Source: Yuukianura sp. NJ FZ-2021 (Eukaryota). From it: a DNA stretch of 64,000 nt. The stretch spans positions 6,696,001-6,760,000 of the forward strand of contig CM102283.1 in assembly GCA_046563655.1 (NCBI GenBank), written 5' to 3'. How positions within the stretch are numbered: the first letter of the stretch is position 1; every line of letters starts with the position of its first letter. A program made the position numbers and the translations under genes. A model generated the notes under the pieces. It searched no databases and was not told where the DNA came from. It worked only from the letters and a program-made list of their open reading frames with translations. Shown here in pieces: positions 13,855-26,434 of this stretch.

Positions 13855-15447
13855 ATGAGGAGAGTGATGTGGTCGAAATGGGCTTCCAATTTAACTTTTG
13901 TGGCACTCCTGGGATTTGTTATTGTGATGGTATACTGGCAACAGAAACTCGTCACACTGGAAGAGGACCAGCAGTCGCTAAGTGAGTAATTTTCAATGGC
14001 ATAGTTTAAATTTTCCGATTAATTAACATGCAAATTAATTAGCGCTTGGAGAGAAACAAAAATTGCTACGCCATAAGAGCCAGTTATTAGCGGGGATTTA
14101 GGGTAATTAATTTTCTTCTAATTTTTAGGAACGAAGTTGGGACATCTTGCAGTGCAGACAAAGCCGAAAGCAGAGGCACTCGGAGACGAAGTTGTTGGAA
14201 ATGGTAACTACCCGATGCAAGAGATTGGTATGCAATTCAATCGACATTTTAATTAAAAATTACATCAGTTAATTGATGTTAATTTGAGTAAAAGTAGAGA
14301 ATTAAAATGTTTTTGTTCACTCAGGTGACGGTGGATCTGTGCCGAATTACGCAGAGACGGCCGTGATCCTGTACAATCGCATCCCGAAGACAGGCTCGAC
14401 GTCGTTTATGGGAATGGCGTATGACCTCTGTGTAAAGAATAACTTTCATGTGATACATCTCAATACTACAAAGAATAGCCATGTCATGAGTCCAGCTGAC
14501 CAGGTACCATTCTTTATCATTTGTGTAACAAAAGTGACAATTGGAAGTAGTGTTTGACACTGTTGAGTAATTGATGACCTACTATTTCTAGATGCGATTT
14601 GCTCAAAATGTTTCGACTTGGATGGAGAAACGCCCCGTAATCTACCATGGTCATCTTGGGTTTATTGATTTTAGCTCCTTGGGTGTTCCATTGAGACCCA
14701 TTTATATCAATATCATACGAGATCCCTTGGACAGACTCGTGTCCTACTACTACTTTCTCCGCTACGGAGATGACTTCCGCCCTGAAGTTGTTCGCAAGAA
14801 GCAAGGGAACACAGAGGTTGGCATTAAATATGGTTTTTACATTTTACATATAATAAATACATTTTTCAAAAAGTTTAAAACTTGAATATTTTGTTCAGAC
14901 CTTTGACGAATGTGTGCTCCGTCAAGGAAATGACTGTGATCCGCTGCATCTCTGGATGCAAGTTCCATTTTTTTGTGGTCATCATGCGGCGTGTTGGGAA
15001 GCTGGAAATTCATGGGCTTTGCAACAAGCGAAATCCAATTTGGCCAAGTCATATTTACTCGTTGGAACAACTGAGAGCATGGAGACTTTCATTGCAGTCC
15101 TCGAAGCATCACTTCCTCGGTTTTTTAGTGGAGCCTTGAAATATTTTCAAGACGGTAATTTGAAAAATTCATTTTAAAAAGTTGTTTCCGCTTTTCCCAA
15201 ATTAGCACTTCCTTAACTTTTCTTTTTGATTTCAGGAGGAAAGTCGCATCTGAGAAAAACTTACGGGAAACAAGTACCGAACAAGGACACGGTAAGGGCT
15301 ATTCGTAAATCCAAAATTTGGCAAATGGAGCAAGATTTTTACATGTTTGCCAAGAAGAATTTCAATGCTGTTAAGAAACGAACGCTTGCAACCAATGGCA
15401 GTGCTCTCCCTCAACAATTTCGCTATGAAAAAATACGTCCAAAATAG
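13855..15447 (+). CDS. HS2ST1: Heparan sulfate 2-O-sulfotransferase
   Basis: Type II TM N-terminus [32 protein letters not shown] motifs [12 protein letters not shown] and [32 protein letters not shown]; ends FRYEKIRPK*. Confidence 0.95.
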
Positions 15448-16223
15448 TTTGTAATTTTGTTAAGTCTAACCATATAGAAATGTTAGGGCACATCATAGAG
15501 ATTGTCTACTTATTTTGTGTAGATGAACTTGAAGAGATTTTCTGTTCGCACCGCCTAATAAGTCGCTGGACATTCAAGTTCAAAATGGCAAACGCAATGT
15601 ACTAGACTCTAAGACCAGCCTTTCGCTGATTTAATAACATTTCGAGAAATTTGCTTAGTAGGCTAAACCCCTTCTGACTGATTGAACGCTTATGGAATAA
15701 TAACAATTAAATTCCTGGACAAAAATCAACAAAAACCATCATTTTAGTGAACTGTCTTTAGCGGTGATGGAGTGGTCGGGTGTCAAACTTTTCAAACCAA
15801 AAGTTTGCGACAACTTTGGGATAGGTTGCGCTTGCGCATTCGTCAGTTCTAATAATAATGCTGTCTAAGTCACGTATTCAGCAATTCCGACCAACACAAA
15901 CATTCAAATGGTCAGGGTAGTTCTCAAAATCAGCGATCATAACGATAAACTTGACAGTTCCAGTGACATTTCGGTTTCGATTGTGATATCGCTGAAAAAA
16001 TCCATTGTTCTGGAGGTACAGTTCCGGGTGAGTGGAAACAGAAATCAAAGGTCAGATGATCAGTGATCGTATGCCTCCACTTCAAAAACAGATTAAATTT
16101 AGCTATTATTGCGTTTAAAATTAACATCCGTTTTTTGAGAATTCAAATTTCCAATATTTATTTAGTTATTTAGTAACTTCCACTTGAAAGTGTCCTAGCA
16201 TTTTGTTAGGGTTAAACCTCGTC

Positions 16224-16923
16224 ATGGCCAAGTTCCTCTTTGCCTTATGTATTGTCGCAGTATTAGGCAGCAGCAAGGCTTCTGTGATTACATCCGAACC
16301 GGTTACGGACTGGGGTGACTGGGCCATTGACTTTGAGCGATGTCCACCGGGGTTGTGTGTCCAAGGGTTCCAAGTTCTGTCGGAAACGGAGCTGACCGTT
16401 GACACGACATGCATGAACGGCCTAAAGCTATTTTGTGGAAATCCGGAAACTGGAGGCACTCCAGCCATTACGAGCGCAGTCGGGAAGTGGGGGGAGTGGA
16501 GCCAAACGAAATGGCGCTGTTCAGGTCAAGGCTATGTGACTGGATTCCAGCTGAAAGTGGAGAAACCGGGCGTTGTTCAGGATGAAACTGCGACGAACAA
16601 CATTCGAATCTTCTGTGACACAAATGAACAACCAATCGAAGGTGACGGACAAATCTATGGTCAGTGGGGCGACGAACATCACTGTCCTGATGGACAAGTC
16701 GTCTGTGGTCTCAGGACACAAGTTGAGAAAGACCAAGGAAACCTTTGTATGTTTAAGAAAATATCATTTCTTTTTAAAATTTATAATATATGCAACACTT
16801 TTGTGATAAATTGACCTTTTTTTTAATTTTTCAGTTGACGATACGGCCCTGAACAACATTTCGATGGAGTGCTGTCCACATCCAGCATCCTACAATGTGT
16901 CGTCTTATTTGCTAAAAAATTAA
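16224..16923 (+). CDS. VMO1: VMO1 (vitelline membrane outer layer protein 1-like, beta-prism) copy 1
   Basis: Exons 16224-16746 and 16835-16923. Signal peptide; three internal repeats WGxW...C..G...GF.L...D.TA.NN..C; ends DDTALNNISMECCPHPASYNVSSYLLKN*. Confidence 0.9.
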
Positions 16924-17506
16924 TTAACTTGAAACAATTCCAGTATATAAGTTTATGTATTATTTTTAACACAGCGCCGATCCATACTCAAAAAATAAAA
17001 ATATGTTGTCGCAGACTGTTTTCAGGTTGAAGTAGACTTTTCTACGCCGTCTGTCCCCACCCGTTCAAATTTTGGAGCACCTTCTATTGTACCCACAGGT
17101 TGTATCCATTGCAAAATTTATGTTCTGATTTTAGCGACAACTTTATAACAGCGACATATGATTTGTCCTTGTCCATGCTAATTTTTATCGTTACGATTTC
17201 AACATCATCTGAAGCACTAAAATGTTTAATGATTTTTTAACAACAGTTGTTGAAAACTGATCATTCGATGACTGATTATCGCTTAATAAAATTACATGCG
17301 AATTGATTACACTGAAGAATCTTCCAGAATCCAGATGTATAGAATCGCTGGGAGCGTAGTATCGAAGGTCATATCAATGTCACAGATCCCCACTCCACAT
17401 AATAGATTAAAACTTCCAACAGTTGTTCCGTTTACTGTGCTGGTACGACTTTTCACTCAATTTAGCAAGCATTGTTAATCCTTTAGTAGTGTCGGACAGT
17501 ATCAGC

Positions 17507-18216
17507 ATGGCTAAATTCGTAGTTTTCTCCTGCGTCGTCGCAGTAGTTTTGGGCTACTGCAATGCAACCGTGATAACATCTGAATTCATTACTAACTGGG
17601 GTGACTGGGCTACCCTGTTCGACCGTTGCCCCTCCGGTACGGCAGCTCAAGCTTTCCGAGTACTTTCGGAAGGCCCATTGCCCGTTGACTCCACAAGCAT
17701 GAATGCACTCAAGTTGTACTGCGGAGATCCAAATGACGAAACGACTCCTGTTCTGATGAGTAATGCTGGTCCATGGGGTGAATGGAGTCGCAGTGCCAAA
17801 CGATGTTTCATCAATGGATACATCAATGGATTTCAGCTCAGAGTCATGCCAGAGGCTGGTGGTGGAGACGACACAGCTACAAGCAATATCCGGATCTACT
17901 GTGACACAACTGAAGAGCCAATTGAAGGAGATGGTCAAACGTTCGGTGACTGGGGCCAAGTACACCGTTGTCCAGAAGGAGAGGTCGTCTGTGGTCTCAG
18001 AACTCAAGTTGAGTCAGACCAGGGCGATTGGAGTAAGTTTACTTGAAAAAGAATTTTATTTACTTTACTAGATTCAAAAAATTGAAAATTCTCTAGAATG
18101 ATATTTTGATTTGCTTGCATTTTTCAGGTGACGATACGGCCCTGAACAACATTTCGATGGAGTGCTGTCCACATCCTGCTACCTACAACGTGGCAGCTTA
18201 TTTACTAAAAAATTAA
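17507..18216 (+). CDS. VMO1: VMO1-like copy 2
   Basis: Exons 17507-18032 and 18128-18216. Same motifs and same phase-1 intron. Confidence 0.9.
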
Positions 18217-19058
18217 CAACTAGTCAAAGAATTTACGGTACACGTTACGCATTATTTTTAACATAGTGCCAATCCATACATAAAAAATAAAAATACGTTG
18301 TCCCAGTTTCAAAATTTGGTTGAAGTAAGCTTTGTTTCGCCGTCTGTTTTCATTCCAACCGTTGCAATTTTCGTCCTACTTCTAATGTACGGACTCATCG
18401 GCTGACAAGAATCAGTAGTAGGTCCACCTAGCGGCAATGTAGGAACCTCTGAATTCAAGTTATCAACCTTTTTTGCCGCTTGTTTCAGTAAATCCTGCTA
18501 TAATTTCCGCGCCGAAGACGCGGTGCTAGGTAATTAAGCCAACAATAATTATTATTGCTTTCAACGCGAATGTTTTGTGACATCTTTGTTGATCTTACGC
18601 TAATTTTTCAGTGTTACATATTTTCTACAATACATTTGGAAGCAATAATCGCTTTGATCACTTTGGGCAAATCAATGTTAACTTTTATCGTTAATTACGA
18701 TTGACATCACCTGCAACACTTATAATTTTTGAACAATAGTTATCGAAAATTGATCATTCGATGACTGATTGTCAATATTGATCAGTGATCAATATAATTG
18801 AATGTTGTGAATAGATTAAACTCAAGAATCTCCTAGCATCAAGTTGTCCAGAATCCAGATGTACTGAATCGCTGGCAGCGGCAATATCCAAGGTCATATG
18901 AATGTCGTCACAGATCCCCACTCCACATAGATTAAAATTTCCAACAGTTGCTCCGCCTACTGCGCTGGTACAAATTCAGACCGTTTCGAAAGTATTTAAC
19001 ACCTCAACTTGGCAAGCATTTGTTAATTCTCCTTTAGTAGTGTTGTAACAGTATCAGC

Positions 19059-19764
19059 ATGGCCAAGTTCCTAGTTTTCTCCTGCGTCGTCGCAGTACTT
19101 TTGGGTTACTGCAATGCAAGCGTGATAACATCTGAATTTATTACTAACTGGGGTGACTGGGCTACCGTATTTGACAGTTGCCCGCCTGGCACGGCAGCTC
19201 AAGCTTTCCAAGTCCTTTCGGAAAGCATAGTATCCCTTGATACCACAAGCATGAACGGACTCAGATTGTACTGCGGAGATCCAAATGTCGTAACGACTCC
19301 GGTTCTGATGAGTAGCGCTGGTCCATGGGGTGAATGGAGTCCCAGTGCAAAACGATGCGACGTCAATGGGTACATCAACGGATTTCAGCTCAGAGTCATG
19401 CCAGAGGAATTTCGTCAGGACGATACGGCTACAAACAACATCCGAATCTTCTGTGACACGACTGAAGAGCCGATTGAAGGTGACGGTCAAATCTACGGCG
19501 ACTGGGGCCAAGTACTCCGTTGTCCAGAAGGAGAGGTCGTCTGTGGTCTCAGAACTCAAGTTGAGTCAGACCAGGGCAATATTAGTAAGTTTACTTAAAA
19601 ACAGAAGACAAAAATCAAAAAAAAGTTTTTCAAGTGTTATTCCAATTTGTTTGAATTTTTCAGTTGACGATACGGCCCTGAACAACATTTCGATGGAGTG
19701 CTGCCCACGTCCTGTTGCCAACAACGTGGCATCTTTTCTATCGAAGAAACCAACGACTAATTAA
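19059..19764 (+). CDS. VMO1: VMO1-like copy 3
   Basis: Exons 19059-19584 and 19664-19764. Tail PRPVANNVASFLSKKPTTN*. Confidence 0.9.
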
Positions 19765-20481
19765 ACGCGGAAATGCAGTAATGATGTATAAAAATAATGT
19801 GTATATTAATATTGTTTCGAATTAAAACAAATTGAACCGTGCAAATCTTTTGGTATAATTTTTGTTGAGAAGGTACGCCAATTTTTCCTTACGTCGTATT
19901 TTTATATCATAACCAATCCACGCATATTCCTCTAGAAACAAAGATGCTATAGCGTCCGTTTATAAAAATTGACTATTGGTTATGGTATGGTTGTTCAACG
20001 GTTCTTAAGTAGCGAAGCTTCTTTACTTTATAGTTTGGGGTTGTCTCTCTGGCCGGCTTTTCCATCCGTCAGCCTCAAGTATCTCTAAAACGGTTCGACA
20101 TTTGCGAAATCTATTTTTAGTAATGAACACCAAGGTGACCCGGCGTTATAATACTCAAGGGTCATGTGATTTAAATATTTTTCATTACTGTCCGCTTAAA
20201 TGTCATAGCACGTTCTGTTTTTTCCAGTTGTGGAAATACAATATTTAGCGTATACTGTCAACGGTCACGATGTATCGTGACCTTTGGCAGAGTAATGTGA
20301 AACTGATTATTATACTAGTAATCAGTTACCCCGTCCATCAGTCAATACTTGAAAATTCAGATTAGGTGTTGCTTAAAACATTTTGTTTTTAGCTTGAATT
20401 GCTATTTAATTAGTCCAATTCGGAACTGATTAGACACAATTTTGGCTTCTCCTGTGGAGCATCAAGTACTTTACGTAAAAA

Positions 20482-21148
20482 ATGACAAAGTTAATTTTGT
20501 TGTGCGTCGTAGCAGCAGTCTTCGGTCACACAGTTAATGCTTCTGTGATCGAATCTGACCCAGTGAGCAACTGGGGTGATTGGGACTCCGATTTCGAGCG
20601 ATGTCCCCAAGGCAGGGCCGTCCAAGGGTTTCAAGTCCTCTCCGAAACGTCGATGGCCGTAGATGACACGGCGATGAACGGACTCAAACTATTTTGTGGA
20701 AATCCACAAGATGGAGTCACTCCAGCCATCACGAGTGAATACGGAGATTGGGGAGAGTGGAGGTCCAAGTTTCGGTGTGCCTCGCAAGGTTACGTAAACG
20801 GATTTCAGTTGCGGGTAGAAAAGCCTGAACTCGTCGAGGACGAAACGGCTACAAACAACATTCGAGTTTTCTGTACCACGAATGGTGATGTACCAATTGA
20901 GGGTGACGGTGAGCATTTCGGAAGCTGGGGAAACGAGTACCATTGCCCAACGGGGGAAGTCGTTTGTGGACTGAAGACGCAAGTTGAAGCAGATAAAGGG
21001 AACTTTCGTAAGTCTAAAACGATTTTTAAATTGTACTTTCCGAAAAAAGAAGTATTTTCCAGCATTTAAACTACCTTTGAAAATTAATTTTGTAGTGGAC
21101 GATACGGCTCTGAACAACATTGCTATGGAGTGCTGTCCTCATCCGTGA
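20482..21148 (+). CDS. VMO1: VMO1-like copy 4 (short tail)
   Basis: Exons 20482-21007 and 21096-21148. Ends MECCPHP*. Confidence 0.9.
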
Positions 21149-22221
21149 AGTGTCTTTTCTTGTGTCAAAAAGTTTTCTTAAACACATTTACACCATTATT
21201 TATGGAAAATAAATTTAAATATATGAATAATTTGAGTTCAAAAAATGAAATGCTCGAACTAAATTTTCTGCTGCCGAAATCTGTCTTAGCTTTCACATTC
21301 CGACTTTCTCCACCGTCTCCACGCTTCACACGCTGAGTCATACGACGGCGTCACGTTGTGTGGTTTGTGAATAAAATATAATGGTAGAACGATAACTCAT
21401 TGGCAAGATAATTTTAACAATTTTTTAAATTGTACTAAATATAACATTTACAGCGTTGTTTAGCTAAAAGTAGCCACCCTTAATACAATACAAATCCGAA
21501 ATGAGGAAAACTAGAATATTTTATTTTCGATTTCACTGTCACCCATTTTCCTCCATAGTTTTGAACCTAAATGAAAAAAAAAGTCAAACGTTTTTTGTTT
21601 CAAAAAAACCATCAGGCCCCAAATCCCCACCTCCGAGTCTAGAGAAAACCCCAATAATCCCCATCTCCACTGGGGTGAGGGGTGCTGCCAACCCTGGATT
21701 TTTCGAGAACTAAAAAAAAAGCATAGCTCGGGCCGTTTTCTCGGGAGTTTTAGGTGGTTTAAGAAAAATAAAACTCTATCTGTCACCTTCGCAATCAAGG
21801 GTGAAGCGTATAATTTGACATGAAACGTATGCGCAATTTTTAATTGTTAATAGAAATTAGCGATAATACGAGTGATACTCAAGTGTGGCGATGGTGATTG
21901 AAATGATTTTTATCAGTGTGACTGCTAAAACGTCATAGCTTCTGTTCTTTCCATTGTGCAAAAGCAGAATTTGGCCGCCCGGTTTCAAAAGTCTCAACAT
22001 AACGTGACCTTTGGCAGTGTCAGTCAAATTGATTATTATAATAATCAGCTACCCAGCTCATAAGTAAACACTTGAAATTTCTGATTACAGGTCGCCTCTT
22101 TAAAGTTTGGTTGCTTAAAACGTATTGCTTTACTTTTGAATTGCTATTTAATTAGCCCACTTCGGAGCTGATTGGACACAATTTTAGCTTCTCCTGTGGA
22201 GCATCAAGTACTTACACAGAC

Positions 22222-22898
22222 ATGGCAAAGCTAGTTTTGTTGTGCGTCGTAGCAGCAGTCCTCGGTCATACAGTTGATGCCGCCTCTGTGATCCAATCTG
22301 ATCCAGTGAGCAACTGGGGTGATTGGGCCCCCGATTTCGAGCGATGTCCCCAAGGCAGGGCCGTCCAAGGGTTCCAAATTCTCTCCGAAACGTCGGCGGC
22401 CTTAGACGACACGTCGATGAACGCTCTCAAACTATTTTGTGGGAATCCACAAGATGGAGTTACTCCAGCCATTACGAGCCAAGCCGGGCCTTGGGGAAAG
22501 TGGGGGGTCATATTTCGATGTGCCACACAAGGCTACGTAAACGGATTCCAGTTGCGGGTAGAAAAACCTGGACTTGTTAACGATGAGACGGCTACAAACA
22601 ACATCCGAATTTTCTGTACCACAAATGGGGATGCACCAATTGAAGGGGATGGTAAGAGCGACGGTGCCTGGGGAAACTCGTACCACTGCCCAGCAGGGGA
22701 AGTCGTATGCGGACTTAGGACGCAGCTTGAAAAAGATCAAGGGAATCTTCGTAAGTCAAAAATGCCTTTTTTCAAATCGTATTTACCGAAAAAAGAAGAA
22801 GTATTTTTGAGCAGGTAAACTAATTTTGAAACGTTACTTTTGTAGTGGACGATACGGCCCTCAACAACATTGCTATGGAGTGCTGTCCTCATCCTTGA
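22222..22898 (+). CDS. VMO1: VMO1-like copy 5 (short tail)
   Basis: Exons 22222-22750 and 22846-22898. Ends MECCPHP*. Confidence 0.9.
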
Positions 22899-23525
22899 AG
22901 TCACCACGATATGTCACTCCTTATACTAAAAATTAACTTCTTAAACACATTTACTTTTATTTCATAATTTATGGAAAATAAATTTAAATATAAGAATAAG
23001 TTTAGTTAAAAAAAATAAATTGGTAGAACAATATTTTCTGCTGCTGAAATCTGTCGTTCCTTTCACTTTTCTATTTTCTCCTCCTTCGTCGCCTTCACAC
23101 GTTGAGTCATACGTCAGTGTGACCTTGTGTATGGTTTGTAAATAAAATATATAATAAAATAAATTTATGCGAAGATAATTTTAATAATTTTATAAATTGT
23201 ACTTAAATATATCATATACAGCGTTGTAGAGCTAAGAATAGCCACACCAAAATCGTACAAAACCGAACTGGTGAAAACTAGGATTATTTATTTTCGATTT
23301 CACTGATACCCATTTTCCTCCATAGTTTTGCACCTAACTAAAAAAAGTCATAAACTTTTCGTTAAAAAACCCCATCAGCCCCCAAATGCCCATCTCCGAG
23401 CTTAGAGAAAACCCCAATTTCCCCATTCCTGTCCCCACTGGGGTGAGGGGTGCTGCTAACCCTGGATGTTTCGAGAACTAAAAAAAGTATACTCGGGCCG
23501 TGTTCTCGGCGGCGAGCAAGTTTTA

Positions 23526-23715
23526 CGCCCGATTCGAACTTATTACGGTGCTGCCCTCGTGCACGGTGCAAAAATACAATGTCGTCGACTTGAAAACGAA
23601 AAAACTTTTTAATTCAGTTGCTCTTAGCAACAAAGTATTTTTGTACTGTATTTTCGCCTCCACTGTATTTTTGTACCGTGCACGAGAGGGCAGCACGGTA
23701 AATTTGTATCGGGCG
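23526..23715. mobile_element. 190-bp MITE with TTA TSD (PIF/Harbinger Tourist-like)
   Basis: TIRs ~55 bp: CGCCCGATTCGAACTTATTACGGTGCTGCCCTCGTGCACGGTGCAAAAATACA vs TGTATTTTTGTACCGTGCACGAGAGGGCAGCACGGTAAATTTGTATCGGGCG. TTA at 23523-23525 and 23716-23718. Empty site GAGTTTTAGG in the paralogous spacer (~21745-21754). Confidence 0.85.
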
Positions 23716-24181
23716 TTAGGTAGTTTGAGAAAAATCACTCTCACTCTTACCCACAATCAAAGGTGAAGCTTATTGGAAATGAAAAGAGGCGCAATTTTTA
23801 ATTGTTTAGCAGAAAATAGCGATATAATAGAATGGTACTCAAGTGTGGCCATTGTGATTGAGATGATTTTCATCAGTGTGACTGCTAAAACGTCATAGCT
23901 TCTGTTCTTTCCATTGTGCAAAAGCAGAATTTGGCCGTCCGGTTTCAAAGGTCAGAACATATCGTGACCTTTGGCAGTGTCGGTCAAATTGATTATTAAA
24001 ATAATCAGTTACGCAGCTCATCAGTAAACACTTAAAATTTCTGATTACAGGTTGCCTCTTTAAAGTTTGGTTGCTTAAAACGTACTGCTTTACTTTTGAA
24101 TTGCTATTTAATTAGCCCAATTCGGAACTGATTGAACACAATTTTAGCTTATCCTGTGGAGCATCAAGTACTTACATAGAA

Positions 24182-24903
24182 ATGGCAAAGCTAGTTTTGT
24201 TGTGCGTCGTAGCAGCAGTCCTCGGTCACACGGTTGGTACTTCTGTGATCCAATCTGACCCAGTGAGCAACTGGGGTGATTGGGCCCGCGATTTCGATCG
24301 ATGTCCAGAAGGCAGGGCCGTCCAAGGGTTCCAAGTCCTCTCCGAAACGTCGTTGGCCATTGACGACACGTCGATGAACGGTCTCAAACTATTTTGTGGA
24401 AATCCACAAGATGGAGTCACTCCAGCCATCACGAGTGAATACGGAAAATGGGGAGAGTGGAGAGCCAAATATCGGTGTGCCACGCAAGGTTACGTAAACG
24501 GATTTCAGTTGCGCGTAGAAAAACCTGGACTTGTTCACGATGAGACGGCTACAAACAACATCCGAATTTTCTGTACCACAAATGGTGATGCACCAATTGA
24601 GGGCGACGGTCAGAGCGACGGTGCCTGGGGAAACTCGTACCACTGCCCAGCAGGGGAAGTCGTATGTGGACTTAGGACGCAACTCGAATCAGATCAAGGG
24701 AATCTTCGTAAGTCAAAAACAATTTTTGAAATCGTATTTTTTGAAAAAAGAAAAGTATTTTTCAGCAGGTAAATTAATTTTGAAACATTAATTTTGTAGT
24801 GGACGATACGGCCCTGAACAACATTGCCATGGAGTGCTGTCCTCATCCTCCTACCAGCAACGTGGCAACTTTTCTATCGCAGAAACCAACGACTACTAAC
24901 TAA
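24182..24903 (+). CDS. VMO1: VMO1-like copy 6
   Basis: Exons 24182-24707 and 24800-24903. Tail PHPPTSNVATFLSQKPTTTN*. Confidence 0.9.
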
Positions 24904-26410
24904 ACGCAAATAACAGTAATCATTTACAAAAGCATTCCTTGAAGTCTCAACGATGTGTCATTCGTTGTACTTTAACTTGTTTAACATACTTCATAATTTA
25001 TGGGAAATATGAAAATATTTTGAGTCTAAAAATACAATGGTAAAACTCAAAATTCGTTTTGCTGCCGAAATATGTCGTTGCTTTAAATTTCCGACTTTCT
25101 ACGCCTTGCCACGATACACACATTGCGTTATTTCGACATTAAAGTGACATTGTGTGGTTTGTAAATAGAGTATATAAGAACAATAATTAAATGCCTTCAT
25201 AATTTTAACAGTTTTATAAATTGGACTAAACATAAATATAAATATAACATATACAGCATGTTTCAGCTAAAATTAGCCACCCTGAAATCATACAAAACCG
25301 AAATAGAGAAATAGAAAAAATAATTCTTTATTTTCGATTTCACTGGCACGCATTTTCCTCCATAGTTTTGAAAATTTTGAATTTTTTAGATTTTGATGCC
25401 GTCTAAGTTACGTGAACCACACTATACAAACATAAAGTCATAAACCTAATCCAAGTACACATGCAATTGTGAACGCGACAGCGTCTGCGTCGTATTAGTT
25501 TTTTTCCGACTTGCTAACTGCGTAGATATTTATATCATATGATACACCTCACTTCAATCAGCGATAGCATGAATGACATTCGGGTGTGGCAATGATGCAA
25601 TTGAGATATTTTTGTTCGCTGATTAGTGAGTCATCGTAACCTTTGTTCTTCCAAAATTTGTCATAATGAGTCAAAGGTCACGAAAGCTCATAAGCTAATT
25701 TTACATTAAAACTTTAGGTCATGACGGATACTACGTTAATCACGTAACAAAGAAACGAAATTTTCGTTTTTCAAGTTGAAATGTGCACAATTCAACCAGT
25801 TTCTGCTTTTCAAAAGTTCAAATCAGCAAAAGTTCAAAGTTTTGTATCAAATTTGCAATTTGACCTTCAATCGCCCTTCACTTGTGCTATGCTTATATTC
25901 ATGACTATGTAATGCTGAGAATAGATGGGGTATGGTGTTCTTTGTCCAACATTTTAATTTGAAAACTGAATTTGACCAAAAAGAAGTGTTCGTGTTCTTG
26001 AATGAATGATGTTTGAATTGATGGAATGGAAAGGATGGAATTTTAGTCGAATTGGTTTTTAAAACAATGCACATTTTAGTTCGTCATACTTAGGTCAAAC
26101 CATTATTTTAAAAAGTTGAATGTACGTTCAAGAGGCATCGAACTCTATATGCCTCTGGCATCGACTCTCACATGACCTTTTGCATTTAACAGTTGAGAAA
26201 TTAATTCACAGCAGTTTGTATTGTACTAATGTCAATAGAACTTTATAGATTTACATGTATGTCTCAAAGCAAAGGTTGTAGGTAATTTTCATTTTGAGTT
26301 CAAATGAAATGGCGGGATTTTATTTAAAAATGGCGCATTTCACTGTCCAATAGGAATAGGGACAGGTTGAATCTCAGTAACCCTAAAAACTGCGCAAAAC
26401 TCTTTCCTCG

Positions 26411-26434
26411 GGGTCAATGACCTCGTGACCTTGA
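26411..26434. promoter_or_regulatory. Putative ecdysone response element (IR1) abutting an FTZ-F1-type site
   Basis: GGGTCA-A-TGACCT (26411-26423) followed by TGACCTTGA (26426-26434, reverse complement TCAAGGTCA). Confidence 0.55.

Noticed and set aside
16166-24682. Antisense and alternate-frame ORFs recurring in each VMO1 copy
   Set aside because: Shadows of the duplicated coding sequence; lengths and stops differ among copies.
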